The notes below the pieces were generated by a model. The model worked only from the letters and a program-made list of their open reading frames with translations. It did not search any database and was not told the origin of the DNA. Source: the human T2T-CHM13v2.0 reference genome, Homo sapiens. From it: a DNA stretch of 64,000 bases. The position numbers and the translations under genes were made by a program. Positions 1-17,382 of the stretch are shown here, one piece after another (the first letter of the stretch is position 1; every line of letters starts with the position of its first letter). The stretch lies in the NCBI RefSeq assembly GCF_009914755.1, contig NC_060947.1; one strand, given 5' to 3'.

Positions 1-550
<550 letters not shown>

Positions 551-559
551 AAAAAACAT

Positions 560-1490
<931 letters not shown>

Positions 1491-1509
1491 TGCATTCGTC
1501 ATTCTTTCA

Positions 1510-2100
1510 GGCTGCCTACACAGCAGACAGAGTTACCCTATCAGAATATGCAAGATCAGGTCACTCTTCTGCTCAAAATTTTCCAGTGATTTTCTATCTT
1601 AATCAGAGTAAAAGCTAAAGCCATAACTTTGGTCTACAGAACCTTACATGATCTGATCTCATATCCCTTGCTTAGTCTCTTTAACCATACTGGCCTCCTT
1701 GCTGTTCCTGGAATATCTCAGGTATGCTCCAAATTTAGAGCCTCTGGACTTGCTGCTATCTTTCCTTGAAATGCTCTTATCCAGATAGTTGGATGAATTG
1801 TTGCTGGTTTACCTTTGGGTTTTTACTTATATGTCAGTTTCTCAGGAGGTCTCTTTCTGGTCATCTTACTTAAAATTGCAATTCCAATGTAATTTTCCCT
1901 GTCCCTGTTCTGCTGCCTTCTTTCTCTTCCTAGTAATTATAAGCATCTAATAAATCTGCTTTTTGTCTCTCTTCCTTCACTGAACTGTAAGTTCCATGAG
2001 AGCAAGTATTTTTTTTCTCTTTTTGTTTTCACTGATATGTCTCTAGCACTGAGAACAGTGCCTGGCATGTGGTAGGAACTTATTACATATTAATGGCATA
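1510..2100 (+). mobile_element. Second L2 3' fragment
   Basis: L2-like motifs (tcactcttctgctcaaaa, ctgtaagttccatgagagcaag, gaacagtgcctggcatgtggtagg). Confidence 0.65.
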
Positions 2101-2168
2101 AAGAAATTCAATTTCTAGAGGTAACAGTGCCAGTGAGTCTTGTGATATAATCCAGGGCTCAGGGTCTG

Positions 2169-2520
2169 TGTCTTAGTCCATTCAGGCTGCTATAACAAAA
2201 ACATGATACACCAGGTATATTATAAACAACAGAAATTAGTTTCTCACAATTCTGGAGGCTAGAAAGTTTAAGATTAAGGCAGCAATGGATTCAGTGTCTG
2301 TTAATAGTCCATTCCTCATGGACTGTGCCTTCTTATTGGGTCCTCACATGGCAGAAGGGACAAGGCAGCCCTCTGGGGACCCTTTTATAAGGGCACTAAT
2401 TCCATTTATGAGGGCTCCATGCTTATGATCTAGTCACCTCCCCAAAGACCCCACATCTTAATACTATCACATTGCCAATCAGGTTTCAACATATAGGAAA
2501 GACATATTCAGACAACAGCA
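2169..2520 (-). mobile_element. MaLR solo LTR (MLT1A/MST-like)
   Basis: tgtcttagtccattcaggctgctataacaaaa ... cagacaacagca; near-TSD gtctg/gtatg. Confidence 0.8.
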
Positions 2521-2781
2521 GTATGTAAATTGTTGTTTGCTTCAAGTGGAAGAAACAATGGCATTGAAAATGGTAATGAATTTATCACTGGATCAATTCT
2601 GTGGTGCAATTTTGGTATTTCTTTATTTTTTTAATTAATATTTTTTATGCCAGATTATCTTATACTTTTAGAGATTCTGAGTGCTTTTTAATATCCTTGA
2701 TATCCTTGAATAAACTTCTTTTATGCTTAACTAGCCAAAGTTGTTTTCTGTTGCTGGCATCTAAGAATACTAAGTGATATA
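2521..2781 (+). mobile_element. 3' part of an ERV-L class LTR (LTR16/LTR33-like)
   Basis: aataaacttcttttatgcttaactagccaaagttg..ctgttgctggcatctaagaatactaagtgatata is a typical class III LTR end, directly followed by ERV-L internal sequence. Confidence 0.5.
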
Positions 2782-4177
2782 GACATTAGTATTACTCCAA
2801 TAAGGATTGGCTGCAGCAGCATATCTTCTAGGACCTATGGGAGATCTGGAATTGGTTTCTGGTTGAGTTGCTACTGAAGGTAGTGAAAAATCTAAATAGT
2901 ATTAAGAGGTAGGATCCATGGTTGAGTTCCATGTAGAATTATTCCTTCATTGGGTTAAAGATCTCTATACTAGTGGAGCCCATGTTGTAAGGCTAGGAAC
3001 AAAAAATTTTATAACGGGGCCTGGAGCAAATGAAAGCTGCAAACAAGTTGCTCTGACACTTGGATCTTATGACCCAGTAGACTCATAAATATGAAATGTG
3101 CCCATGGCATGTTGGGATGCAGGATGGATCCTGGAATAAACCTCCTGTAGCAAGAAGAAACTCAATGCAGACCCAAAGGGTTTTGGAACACAGTTTGTTT
3201 ACTTTGGCAAGTCATCGTTTTCTCTTTGAGAAACAGCTCCTAACTTGCTGATCTTGGCTCCACATCAAGTACTAATATGACCTGAGCTAATCATCATGAG
3301 ACAGGTGTAATTTGATTCACTAAGACATAAACTTGGACATACAACAGCATTTCATAATTCAGAGCAAGTGGTATACACAAGATTAGATTTGAAGAGATCC
3401 TGAAGGCCTAAGTAATTTGTATGGGTAGATGACTCATACTCCCAATATGCCTATTTCAGCTGCACTGGCATTCTTCTTGCAAATGACACCTTTGACTTCC
3501 TGGAGATTTTTTGATGACCAGCTAACAAAGGAGAAAAAAATTTAGCCTGGTTTATAGATGGTTCTGAATAATGTGCTGACACTAGTAAAAAGTGGACTAC
3601 TGCAGTATTACAGGCTCACTTAGAGGTTACCCTGAAAGACACTGATGAAGAAAAATCCTTCCAATTGGCTAAAATTCAAGCTGTATATCTCATTGTTCAC
3701 TTTGTCTGGAAGGATATATGGCCTCAGGTGTGGATCATTAGTTATTCATGGGTAGTGGCTAATGGTTTGGCTGGGTGATCAGAAAGTTTGAAAGAATAAA
3801 ATTGGAGGATTGGTGATAAGAAAGTTTAAGTAAAAGGCTTCTGCATGGATCACTTAGAATTGGCACCAAGTGGGAGAATGTTTGTATCTCATGTAAACAT
3901 TCACCCAAAGTCATCCTTGGCAGAACAGGCTTTCAATAATCATATAAAAAATGTCATTTTCTTATAATAACAGTTGGAGTCCTTTCCTCAGTCTTCCAGT
4001 GCTCACTCAGTGGGTTAATGAAAAATATGGCCATGATGGCAGGAATGGACTTTCTGCCCGGCATCAATAATAGGAAATCTCTCTCACCAAGGTTGGCCTT
4101 ACTAAATGCTCAATTTGCCTACAGTAACACCTGATTCTGAGCCTTATATACCCGGGGACCAGTCAACCACCTAGTAA

Positions 4178-4494
<317 letters not shown>

Positions 4495-4499
4495 GGCTG

Positions 4500-4500
<1 letters not shown>

Positions 4501-4538
<38 letters not shown>
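4501..4538. repeat. (ATT)n microsatellite
   Basis: About 12 perfect ATT units. Confidence 0.95.
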
Positions 4539-4539
<1 letters not shown>

Positions 4540-5290
4540 TTATTATTTTTGCTGGGATAAAATATTTTGATTTTCTTTCTTGCTTCTGTTAATTTACTGA
4601 ATGCCATAAACACAGTCATACTATCCCACACAATATTACCTTTAACAAAAGAATTTATCTTTTAGCAAAAGAAAAGAAGTAAGGCAATGAGTTGGCTGAT
4701 TTCCATGTGATTCACTGGTCTTATGAAAAACTGCCACCTAGAAGCAAATTGGTTTTTGGAATGATACACCCTACTAAAGACATAATGATTATGTCAGTTA
4801 GGAGACAGATATGTGAGGTTGGGATACCCTTCTATGGGATGCAGTATTTAATCTAAACCAGTGATCAATGTATGGTCCAGCTTCTTCCATAATTATAGGT
4901 CCCATAGGTCTGAGAACCAATGGGAGAAAGTGGGAATGGCACCTCTTTCTCATTATTACACCTAATAAAACACTCATGATTTTCACTTCCCATTTCTTCA
5001 ATTCTAGGGTTTGTTGATTGAAAGATCTTAGTACTCAAAGGGGTAATATTTCCACCTGCAGAAACAATAATAATGGTTACACTGAACTGAAAACTGAAAT
5101 ATCAACCATTCACTTCAGGTGCCTTATTTACATGTGTTAAACAAGCAAAACATGGAATTACATTAGTAACTTGGATAAGATTGCTGTTACACAATTTAAG
5201 TAGAGAGAAGTAGCATCCATGAGGGTGCTCTTAGTATAGCTACACCCAATGGTCAGTGATAAAAGGAAATAATATTAAAACTCTAATCAA

Positions 5291-5841
5291 GTAGAAAACA
5301 CTACCCCAAAATATGATACCTTGGGAATGAAAAAAAAGAGCAGAAGCAGGAAAATCTTCCTGACCTTCTCCTGCCCCCTTTCTTCTGAAACAGGCCATAG
5401 AAACTAGAATTCCTCTCACTGCTTATTCCCTGGAGCAGGCCGTAAAAGCTACGAAGGTCATCCTCTGACCTTCTGCCTCCCTTCTTTCCGGAAGACTCTC
5501 ATGTGATAGGTGTCCTGCCCTATACTCAGAGGGAAGGAATGTCAGACAAAGACACCAAGAAAAATCTGAACAGACCTTGCACAGTACCCCCCACCCATTA
5601 GTTTATTACCATGACGTCATACCCTTTTGTCCTTCAATCATACTTCTGCAAGACTGTCCATAAAAATATACACATCTCTCTGTTTCTTTGGGTCTTCATT
5701 TCTGAAGGCTCTCTTGTCAGGTGAAATTTACATTAAATAAATTTGTATGCTTTCCTCTTGTTCTTCTGTCTTTTCTTATTGGGACCTCAGCCATTAATCT
5801 TATAATAAATTAGGACAATATTTGTTTTTTTCTCCCCTACA
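5291..5841 (+). mobile_element. ERV1-class solo LTR (MER39/MER34-like) nested in the ERV-L
   Basis: actaccccaaaatatg..., aataaatttgtatgcttt, ends tctcccctaca; ERV-L sequence resumes on both sides. Confidence 0.7.
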
Positions 5842-8800
5842 AGGCAGAACCACTGAGAGCTTAGATCCTTCAGGAATAAACATTTGGTCACTCACAGGTA
5901 AAGAACCCTAGCAAGTAAAGATGCTGGCTGAGAGAAAAGAAAAAGTGAAATGGGAAGCAGAGGAAGAAAGTCATTAATACCAACTGTGGCCTTATGACTA
6001 GATACAGAAAAGAGGACTGTAGCCTCAATCTATGTCATTCTCCTTGCTGCTGTATGCATTTGCATATTTTAACAAATTTTATCCTACCTTCCTAAGCATT
6101 AAACAGGCAAATTGTTAATCATTAAAATTATGGGGTATTTGTTATCATTAAATTTATTTGTTCGAATATTGAAAAAGAATAATTTTATGTTGTAAAAAGG
6201 GGAACAATGGCCATTACTGAGACATCATGGTTTTAGAACTACATAAAGCAAGGAAAAGAACTTTTGGTTGATAACTTTTGTAGAGATAGCACAGTTTTGT
6301 TCAACTTAATGAATGATATTTTAGAATCAATAATGTATTTTGCTTTTTAGTAAACCTGATTGAAAAAGACATTGTTTAAAAAGATATTTTTCTTTATTAA
6401 ATTATAAAGTTTTTTTTCTCATGTTTGAGAAAATTTGGATTTGATTGATTACTGGCTAAATACGTGCCCAATAAATAAGTTTGTGATATTCTTAACTGCA
6501 TTCTTAAAATGTATATATTGTATAAAATTATTTTTAGAACTAGAGACACACTGCCATAGTGTGATGTACCAGAAGATGTTTCAGAATGTATTTAAGAGAA
6601 AATTATTTTTTTATGCCAAGATTTTCATAGTGGTGCTTGTGAATTTGGCTTTTGTCCAGTTGTATTTCAATAAAGAAAATATTCTCCATGGTACAACTGA
6701 TCTTCCTCTATTCCATTCTATAGTGAAATCACGTCCAGAAACTGAGACACTGAAAGAAAGTGACTATAATGAGATAAGTGGAGGGTTATTTTGACCTTAT
6801 TGTAGAATCTAGAAGAAAGGGAATGTTGCTAAGAAAGAAACATCAGAACAACAGAAAATTGTTGGTTAATTAATAGTTTCATTTAAAAATATTCCTTGCT
6901 TTCCCTTTTGCCCCATGTGAAAGTCTCCTATTAAAATTTTACTAAAATGTAAATACCTCCTGCTGTGAAAATCTGTTTTAAACCATCCTTAATGATTTTA
7001 ATATGAGAGCTTCTAATATATCTTGAAGCAATTCAAGGAAAGGATAGCTGCAAAGGATACATTTAACTTACTTTAAAATTTTCTTTTTATTTATTAAACT
7101 ATTTTAATTAACATTTGACTCTTAAACATGCTTGAAAAACAGGAGAAAATACCAAATACTTATTCTTACCATTGCTATTCAATTTTCCACTTTTTACTAA
7201 TGACCTTTTATAAAAGGTAAATTTATGAAAGGATATGGTATAGTTTTTCAATGATAAAATATTATATTAACCTTAACTTTGAAAAGAGCACATTTTTGCA
7301 GAAGGGAAATATGTAAGCATGTGAATTATTTTTCTTTGGTTATAACTAGCAATTTGTTTCTGTGGGATTTGTGTGGCTGGTGAAGTATTCAGTGCACCTA
7401 CATTCATCTATTTTTAGCACTGGCACATGGTCATAGACTGAACTATATATGGAAAACATGCTCATACACTCTTATTTTGCTAAAATATAGTGTTTAGTGC
7501 CTTGTTTTCCATCAACTCAATATAAGGGATTTTTCATGTGGAAATATAATTCCCCTGCCCTCTTTCTTTGAGCTGTGCTCCAGTCTTAAAGCCAGTAAAA
7601 TTCATGTTTACTATTCTCTAGTAAAAATAGCACAATGGTGAGAAAAATTATAATTGCACACCATTCACTTTAATATCATCATTACAATAAGAGTTTAATT
7701 TACCGTCATCTGATATTTAGTAGCAAAATGAATGTAGTTCACTTTGACACTGCCCTGATTGCAGATATCCTAATGAATAGTTCTATGATTGATTGGGTAG
7801 ATGACATCAGCACAATTATAGGCCTGTGTGAGCATTAAATAGCCAAATTGTTGGGGGGAGAAACACATGAAAGCCTGGAGTGGAATGTAGATAGGGTTGG
7901 AATATAAGCAGGGTTCGAGTAGAATAGAACCCTTCTTTATGGAAATGTGCTTGGAACAATTTCACAGGAAGCAGTTGCTGTTAGGCACTATTGCTATAGC
8001 TGGAAGAACAATTTTCTCTTTTGTAACAACAACAACAACAAAATGCACTGCCCCAGCATCACACCCTCTTTCTTAGCTTAGGTTGCCAAGACAGGATTTT
8101 CCCAACGAGATCTTCAATTCAATTCTATAACATGATTCTTTCTTTCTGATATTGTAAATTAAAAATCAATGAATTGAGAATCACAAGCTTTTTAAAACAA
8201 AAATTCAAAAGCATGGGTTATGTGTGTCTAGCTGAATTAAATAAAACCGTTTCATCAGTCAATTATGCTGTTCTTCATTCATCCTTATTCAGGATGTTGG
8301 TTTGAAGAAAATTTTACAGTGCTCCATTCTCAGTCGCTCCTTGCTCTCTTTTTCTACCCCCCCACCTCAATACACATGCACACACACCCTACACAATTAG
8401 TTAAAACCAAACTAAATTATTTGGGTCAGAGCTTTCTTAAGCTTGTTGAAGCTCTCCCAGGATTGTGCTTAAATATTCCTGTTGTAGCTTGGATATATAA
8501 CAGCTGGAGGTATGGAATGGTGGACACACACGGAAGACTAGGTCATCATTTTCATAATTTCAGCCTTTAATGGGTTTATAATTCAGCTGTGCTAGAGCAC
8601 TGTATGTGCTGATTTACATGTCTTCAATCGACACGGACATTTCCTGAAAATAAAACACTGGGATTAGTATTACGAAGCAGCTTCCAACGCAAAAGATTAA
8701 TCTTCGTTAAAAAAGAGGATCCACTCTTCAAAAGGCTACATATAACTCATGCTGTACATTATATATCTTAAAATAACTATGTGAAGGATTAAGAAAAACA

Positions 8801-8959
8801 CAATAATGCTATTCAATGATTTCTTGGTCTCTCAGATATTGGTACTACATGCTATGAGTTTGAGATACTGGAGACAACATAGTTGGGGCTGAGTCGTAAA
8901 ATAGCACAGCACTATCCCTCCTCATTGTGTTTTAGTTGATACCAATGATATATTATACA

Positions 8960-9170
8960 CATGGTTTCCCAAACTTGGATGCTAATCAGAATTAATGTAG
9001 GAGCTCATTAAAAACAAGAATTTCTGGGCTTTAACCTCAGACTTGTTGAGTCAGAATCTGTATTTTCTCCAGCACCCCCAATCGCTAATGATTTTGACAC
9101 AGCCAGAAAGAACCCCAATCGCTAATGATTTTGACACAGCCAGGAAGAAACTATGCTTGAAACCTCTCTG
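8960..9170. mobile_element. MER5-like hAT-Charlie relic containing a 37-bp tandem duplication
   Basis: ggtttcccaaactt..atcagaat..gagtcagaatctg; duplicated unit at 9076-9149. Confidence 0.55.
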
Positions 9171-10314
9171 TATTAGATTGAACATCTAAGCTCAGATCCT
9201 ATTCTTGGCAGCAAAACTGGTTTGGTGTCCATGCCCACAACGCTATTTCCCTTCTCCAAACCTATTTCACCATCCCAGATGTGAGGAGATATTGCTAAAT
9301 ACAAATAAATGAATTATTACTCTGGGCCTCAAACATCAAACAGGATCTTAAAATTATACTACATTTAGGCTCTGCTTATACAAAATGAAATTAGCGTTCA
9401 TTTTGTAGGGACGATATAGGAACATGATTGCAATTTTTAACATTATGAAACATACAGGTTGGTTAATTTGGGCTTATTTAAACAAATCACAGAAAAACTA
9501 GAGCCAAGGGACAATATTGCAGTTGAAGATGGTTAATTTAAGAGCAAATTAAGATCTTTTCATGAAGCAGGTAGTCAATCTATGAAAGTAATTAGAGTGA
9601 TAAATGACCAACCCCAAAACATAAATAGGTTCAAGAAGCATTTTAATAAGTTGTGGAGGATAAGTCCATAATGGATTTTTATGGAAGATTAGAAAGCTTT
9701 GAGATGACCCAGTATTAAAGCAAAAATTGGAAGCAATGGAAGTGCAAATGCAAGTTTTTCCATCTGATAAAAATTCCTGAAGACCCAACCACAGGTGGCT
9801 AAGATATAGTTTGCTTTTACATCAATGGATTTAAAGAATTTTGAGATTACTGAATATTATTTCCTTTCTTCCACTACAGAGTAGGTTGTTACACAAATCA
9901 AATAGTCTCACTGATTTTTAGAACTTTTAAAATGATTTCAGTGTGGAAACTGGAGCTAGTGCTTACAGATTTCAGAGGTACAAATGTAATCTGAAACAAA
10001 GCAGCTCATTTTTACTTCTTGTATAATGATGTGTCATCAAAATTAGACATACTAATGGATCATTAAGTTATTAAAGTTGTCTCTTTTAATTTGTTCTGGT
10101 ACCTGGTATTCTGGTTAATTTATGGTGATTGGCAAATGTGCTGATAAAGTGCCCTGGGTCATCTGTATAAAACTCGGGAGTAGATGCTATTTAAATTAGC
10201 AGTTTTCTAAGCACACTTAAGCAATCAGTGTGGCTTCCACTTAAATTTTGGACAAGACGTAGAAGAATTTTCTATTAATTTCAAGCAGTTCAGTAATGCA
10301 TGTTGAGATTACTA

Positions 10315-10395
10315 TTAGGTTGGTGCAAAATGAATTGCAGTTTAAACGTTTACTTTCAATGGCAAAAACCTCAATTACTTTTGTACCAAGCTTAA
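10315..10395. mobile_element. MADE1 (Hsmar1-derived mariner MITE)
   Basis: About 80 bp, TIRs ttaggttggtgcaaaa..ttttgtaccaagcttaa, TA target duplication. Confidence 0.88.
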
Positions 10396-11387
10396 TAAGA
10401 TTTATAGTAGATCCATGGTATAATTTCTTTATCACCCCCACCCCAGCCCTCAGCATTTCTCTTCATTTATAATTCAAGGGAACAATGGAATTGTCTGAAT
10501 GCATCTCAAATCAATGAATCACCTTTTATCTTTAAAGTTCCTGGAGTGAAATAAACTTAACTTCAGTTCTCTTGGTTCCCAAACTGCTTCAAAATTTGAA
10601 TCAATTTTTTTTCAGTATTCTTTAATACTGATGTCGACTTTTAATTCTAGGATTATGAAAATCATCTAAAATGAATAGAAAGAATTTCTAATTGGGACAA
10701 AATGAATTCTCTGCTGTTCCCTACCTTATGCTTTTACCAAGCTTTTTTTCTGGGGATTAGGAAAGTATATTTCGAGTCTTGACTATTGGTTATCTTTTCT
10801 CCTTTGCTGTGTCCTGAGAGTTAGAGCAAACTGAAAACATGACAAAGTATTAAGACATTTTTCTAAACTAAAGCCTAGTTTTCCTTGATGTCCTGTTATC
10901 ACTGCGAAGGTCAAGGTTATAAGTACCAGCAGAGTTAATCTGGCTCTGCAACTATGCTGTAATATTCAACACAGGAAGTTTCTGTGCCTAGTGTATCTCT
11001 GACTCTACCAGTTGCTGGGAAATGGCAGATTGAAGGACATTCAGAGTGGTTCATAACTTTGAAAAATCAATTATCAGTTAATAGAGCCTTTAGGACACCC
11101 TAGTTTTCAAGCATGGCATTCTGCCACAAAAACACTCAAAAACTTTTTGCTGTTATAGTTACATTGTAGACAAAAATCCATTCTGTTTCTAGCTCCTTTC
11201 GTTAATCAATGCTGGGACAAAGCCTAAGGATTTGTTCACTTAGAAGCAGGCACATTTGATCTGGAAATGCCTTAGTGTAGTCCAGGTATGTACCAAATTT
11301 CCGATTTTGACTATGTCTTCCACTGTATCTAGTGGACAACTTTCTACATTTTGTTTTACCCCATGTAAATGTAAGGAAGTTGACACG

Positions 11388-11617
11388 ATATATATATATA
11401 TATTATATATAATTATATAATATGTAATATATTATATAATTATATGTAATATATATTATATATTATATTATATATAATATATATTATATATTTAATATAT
11501 AATATATATTATATATATATATTAAATATATAATATATATTATATATATAATATATATTATATATTATAATATATAATATATATTATATATTATAATATA
11601 TAATATATATATATAAT
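11388..11617. repeat. Long (TA)-rich low-complexity tract
   Basis: About 230 bp almost entirely A/T (tatataatatatattata...). Confidence 0.95.
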
Positions 11618-11809
11618 AGAAGACAGCTAAACAAATTGATAAAGGTGAATAGAGCTGTTAAGAAAATAAATTGTCAGAGTTAGATGACATCTCTGCCTCC
11701 TGCCATCCCAGTAAATCTAGCAAACTCAATCGTAAGACAAAGTGGTCCTAACCTGTGGAACCCTATCTCATATCCTGATGGAAGTTTTTGGCAAAATAAA
11801 AGTGAAGTC

Positions 11810-11921
11810 TAGTGTGACTGAGTGATCTTTTTAGCCTGGGGTTGGAAGGTTTCCCAGATGGTAGCACTTTCACTGCTAAAACTGGGACAGTCCTGGGCAT
11901 TCTGGCACTGTCAGCCACTCT
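11810..11921. mobile_element. MER81-like hAT-Blackjack MITE
   Basis: ggtttccca..actttcactgctaaaactgggacagtcctgggca; about 110 bp with decayed tagggtgac TIRs. Confidence 0.6.
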
Positions 11922-12789
11922 AGGTCTGATGACATTATTTTGTTTCTGAGCAGGAACACATCTCAATGAGCCTACAGACGCCCAGATATGTTGAAGACCA
12001 GGCCATATGTTGAAGACCAGGCCATACTCCATATAACATACTATCATTCTTTGAGGTCTTAATGATCCTTCCTTCTCTCTCAACCTCTGACTGGCCTGAG
12101 AGATAAATGAAAAGGAGCAAGAAAAGGCCATGATTTGGGGGCCACATGATTTAGTACATTTGGGAAATGATTATATCATGTAAAAATGGCAATGGAGTTG
12201 TAAGGAATCCTTGCCATCTTTGTATGAACCTTATTCAATATGGGTTTATCACAGGGCTGAAGTACTTGCTTGGTTAAAAGTACTGACAACTATTCAGTTC
12301 AAAATAATTTTTCAACATTTTCAGAGATATTGATGTCAATTAAAAATCCTGGTTGCTATCTTAGAGGTGGAAAATAAAAATAATTATTTTTGTTTGTGTT
12401 CTGAGTTTTTAGTGCTTAAGTAATAAACTAGAAGTAATGATGCATACAGATATTAGCAGAGTACTACAACATCTAACACCACAGACAAAGAGAATAACAA
12501 ACGAAGGCAAATTCTACTACTAATAGATATCTCTGGATTTGCAGCACCTAGAATAATGCTTGGTATGTAGTAAACCCTCCCCAAATATATCTGGAATGAA
12601 CGAATGTTTAGCAGCTATGACATCAAAACACACGAATTAAATCTATCAGCAAATGTTTACTGAATTCCTGCTAAGCACAAAGCACAAATCTGAAAGTTCA
12701 TTTGTTTTGCTTATCCATTTCTCTCTATTATTGTTTGAGTATTTTGTTTATCCATGTCAAAGTTCTGACCTATTAAGAAGTGCAGGGAT

Positions 12790-15787
<2,998 letters not shown>

Positions 15788-16080
15788 GAAGAGTGAAAGG
15801 CAGTTCTTCCCCAACCCCAGCCCCATTCCACTCTTCAGAGTTAATAACTGCGGGCAGTCTGCTGGATATCTTTCTGGTCTTTTGAATGCAAATATTAATA
15901 TGTAGCTGTATATTTTGCATAAATGGGATTGTATCATATATACGGCCTTGCACACAACTTTTTTGCATAGAATAATATTTGCAGCCTTTTTTCCTTGTTG
16001 AAACACGTGTATCTTATCCCTTTTACTCGCTAAACAATATATACCATTGTATAATATACATAATTCATTTAAAAAAAAAA
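15788..16080 (+). other. L1 3'-transduced flank (~280 bp) with its own poly-A
   Basis: Non-L1PA sequence between the L1 poly-A and a second A10 tract; TSD aagaagtgcagggat at 12775-12789 and 16079-16093 encloses both. Confidence 0.88.
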
Positions 16081-16223
16081 GAAGTGCAGGGATAATAATA
16101 GTTTAATTTTTAGCTCAACTGATAGAAATGTTGTTAAAAATCTCAGAAGTCTTGTTTTCTAAAATTCTGGGAATGGGCCCTTTGGATCCCTAATTATTGT
16201 ATTACCTAGATTGATACCACTTT

Positions 16224-16562
<339 letters not shown>

Positions 16563-17144
16563 AAGATGCCACTTTCTAAATATAATGTTCCAGCTAACTG
16601 TGGTCAGGTTTAATAGCTATGTGGTTCATATCACACTTTTCTATTTCATTGATGGTTGTGTCAGCAGGATAGAGTTGACAGCCTCAAAAAAGTTCCTTCT
16701 TCAGTCTATCTGGTCTACTGCAGAAAGAGATAAATTTATTCTGATAGGATTTGGTTTTCACAAGCCTATTACTTAATTTCTTTTTCCATTCAAATGGCCT
16801 GCATATAGATTTGGGGCAATTTTTCCAAACTTGTTTTATATAAGAAAAGAAGGTAAGCTTAGATGTCTATTATTTCTAGAATCATTTTCCTCTTGGGGAA
16901 AATAGATAAATATAAATGTATAAATATACCCTCACTGTAGCCCTACAAAAACTTTGACCTTATTTTTATAGAATTTTGGAATAAAAATCATCAGGATCTT
17001 CAGATTTTAATACTATTTTTATAACTGAAAATTATCACACAGTCAGCACAGTCTTTTGTTTCCTCTGACAATTAATAGAATTCTACAACATGATTTTTTT
17101 GTAGAAAATGAATACAATACAGTCATGTATCCCTTAATGATGGG

Positions 17145-17382
17145 TGTGTTAGTCTGTTCTCACACTGCTATAAAGAGCACCTGAGACTGGATAATTTATG
17201 AAGAAAAGAGATTTAATTGACTCACAGTTTCTCAGGCTTAACAAGAAGCGTGACGGGGAGACCTCAGGAAATTTACAATCATGGCTGAAAGCGAAGGGGA
17301 AGCAAGCACATCTTACCATGGTGGAGCAGGAGAGAACGTGAGTGAAGGGGGAAGTGCTACATACTTTTAAACCATCAGATAC
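17145..17382 (-). mobile_element. Partial MST (MaLR) LTR, preceded by a ~25-bp Tigger-like terminus (17120-17144)
   Basis: tgtgttagtctgttctcacactgctataaag..aaaccatcagat; ta-cagtcatgtatcccttaatgatggg upstream. Confidence 0.75.

Noticed and set aside
6435-6794. 119-aa ORF in unique sequence
   Set aside because: TTG start, composition typical of AT-rich noncoding DNA, no recognisable domain or exon boundaries
11763-12131. 122-aa minus-strand ORF
   Set aside because: Runs through a MER81-like MITE and a tandem duplication; no protein similarity recognised
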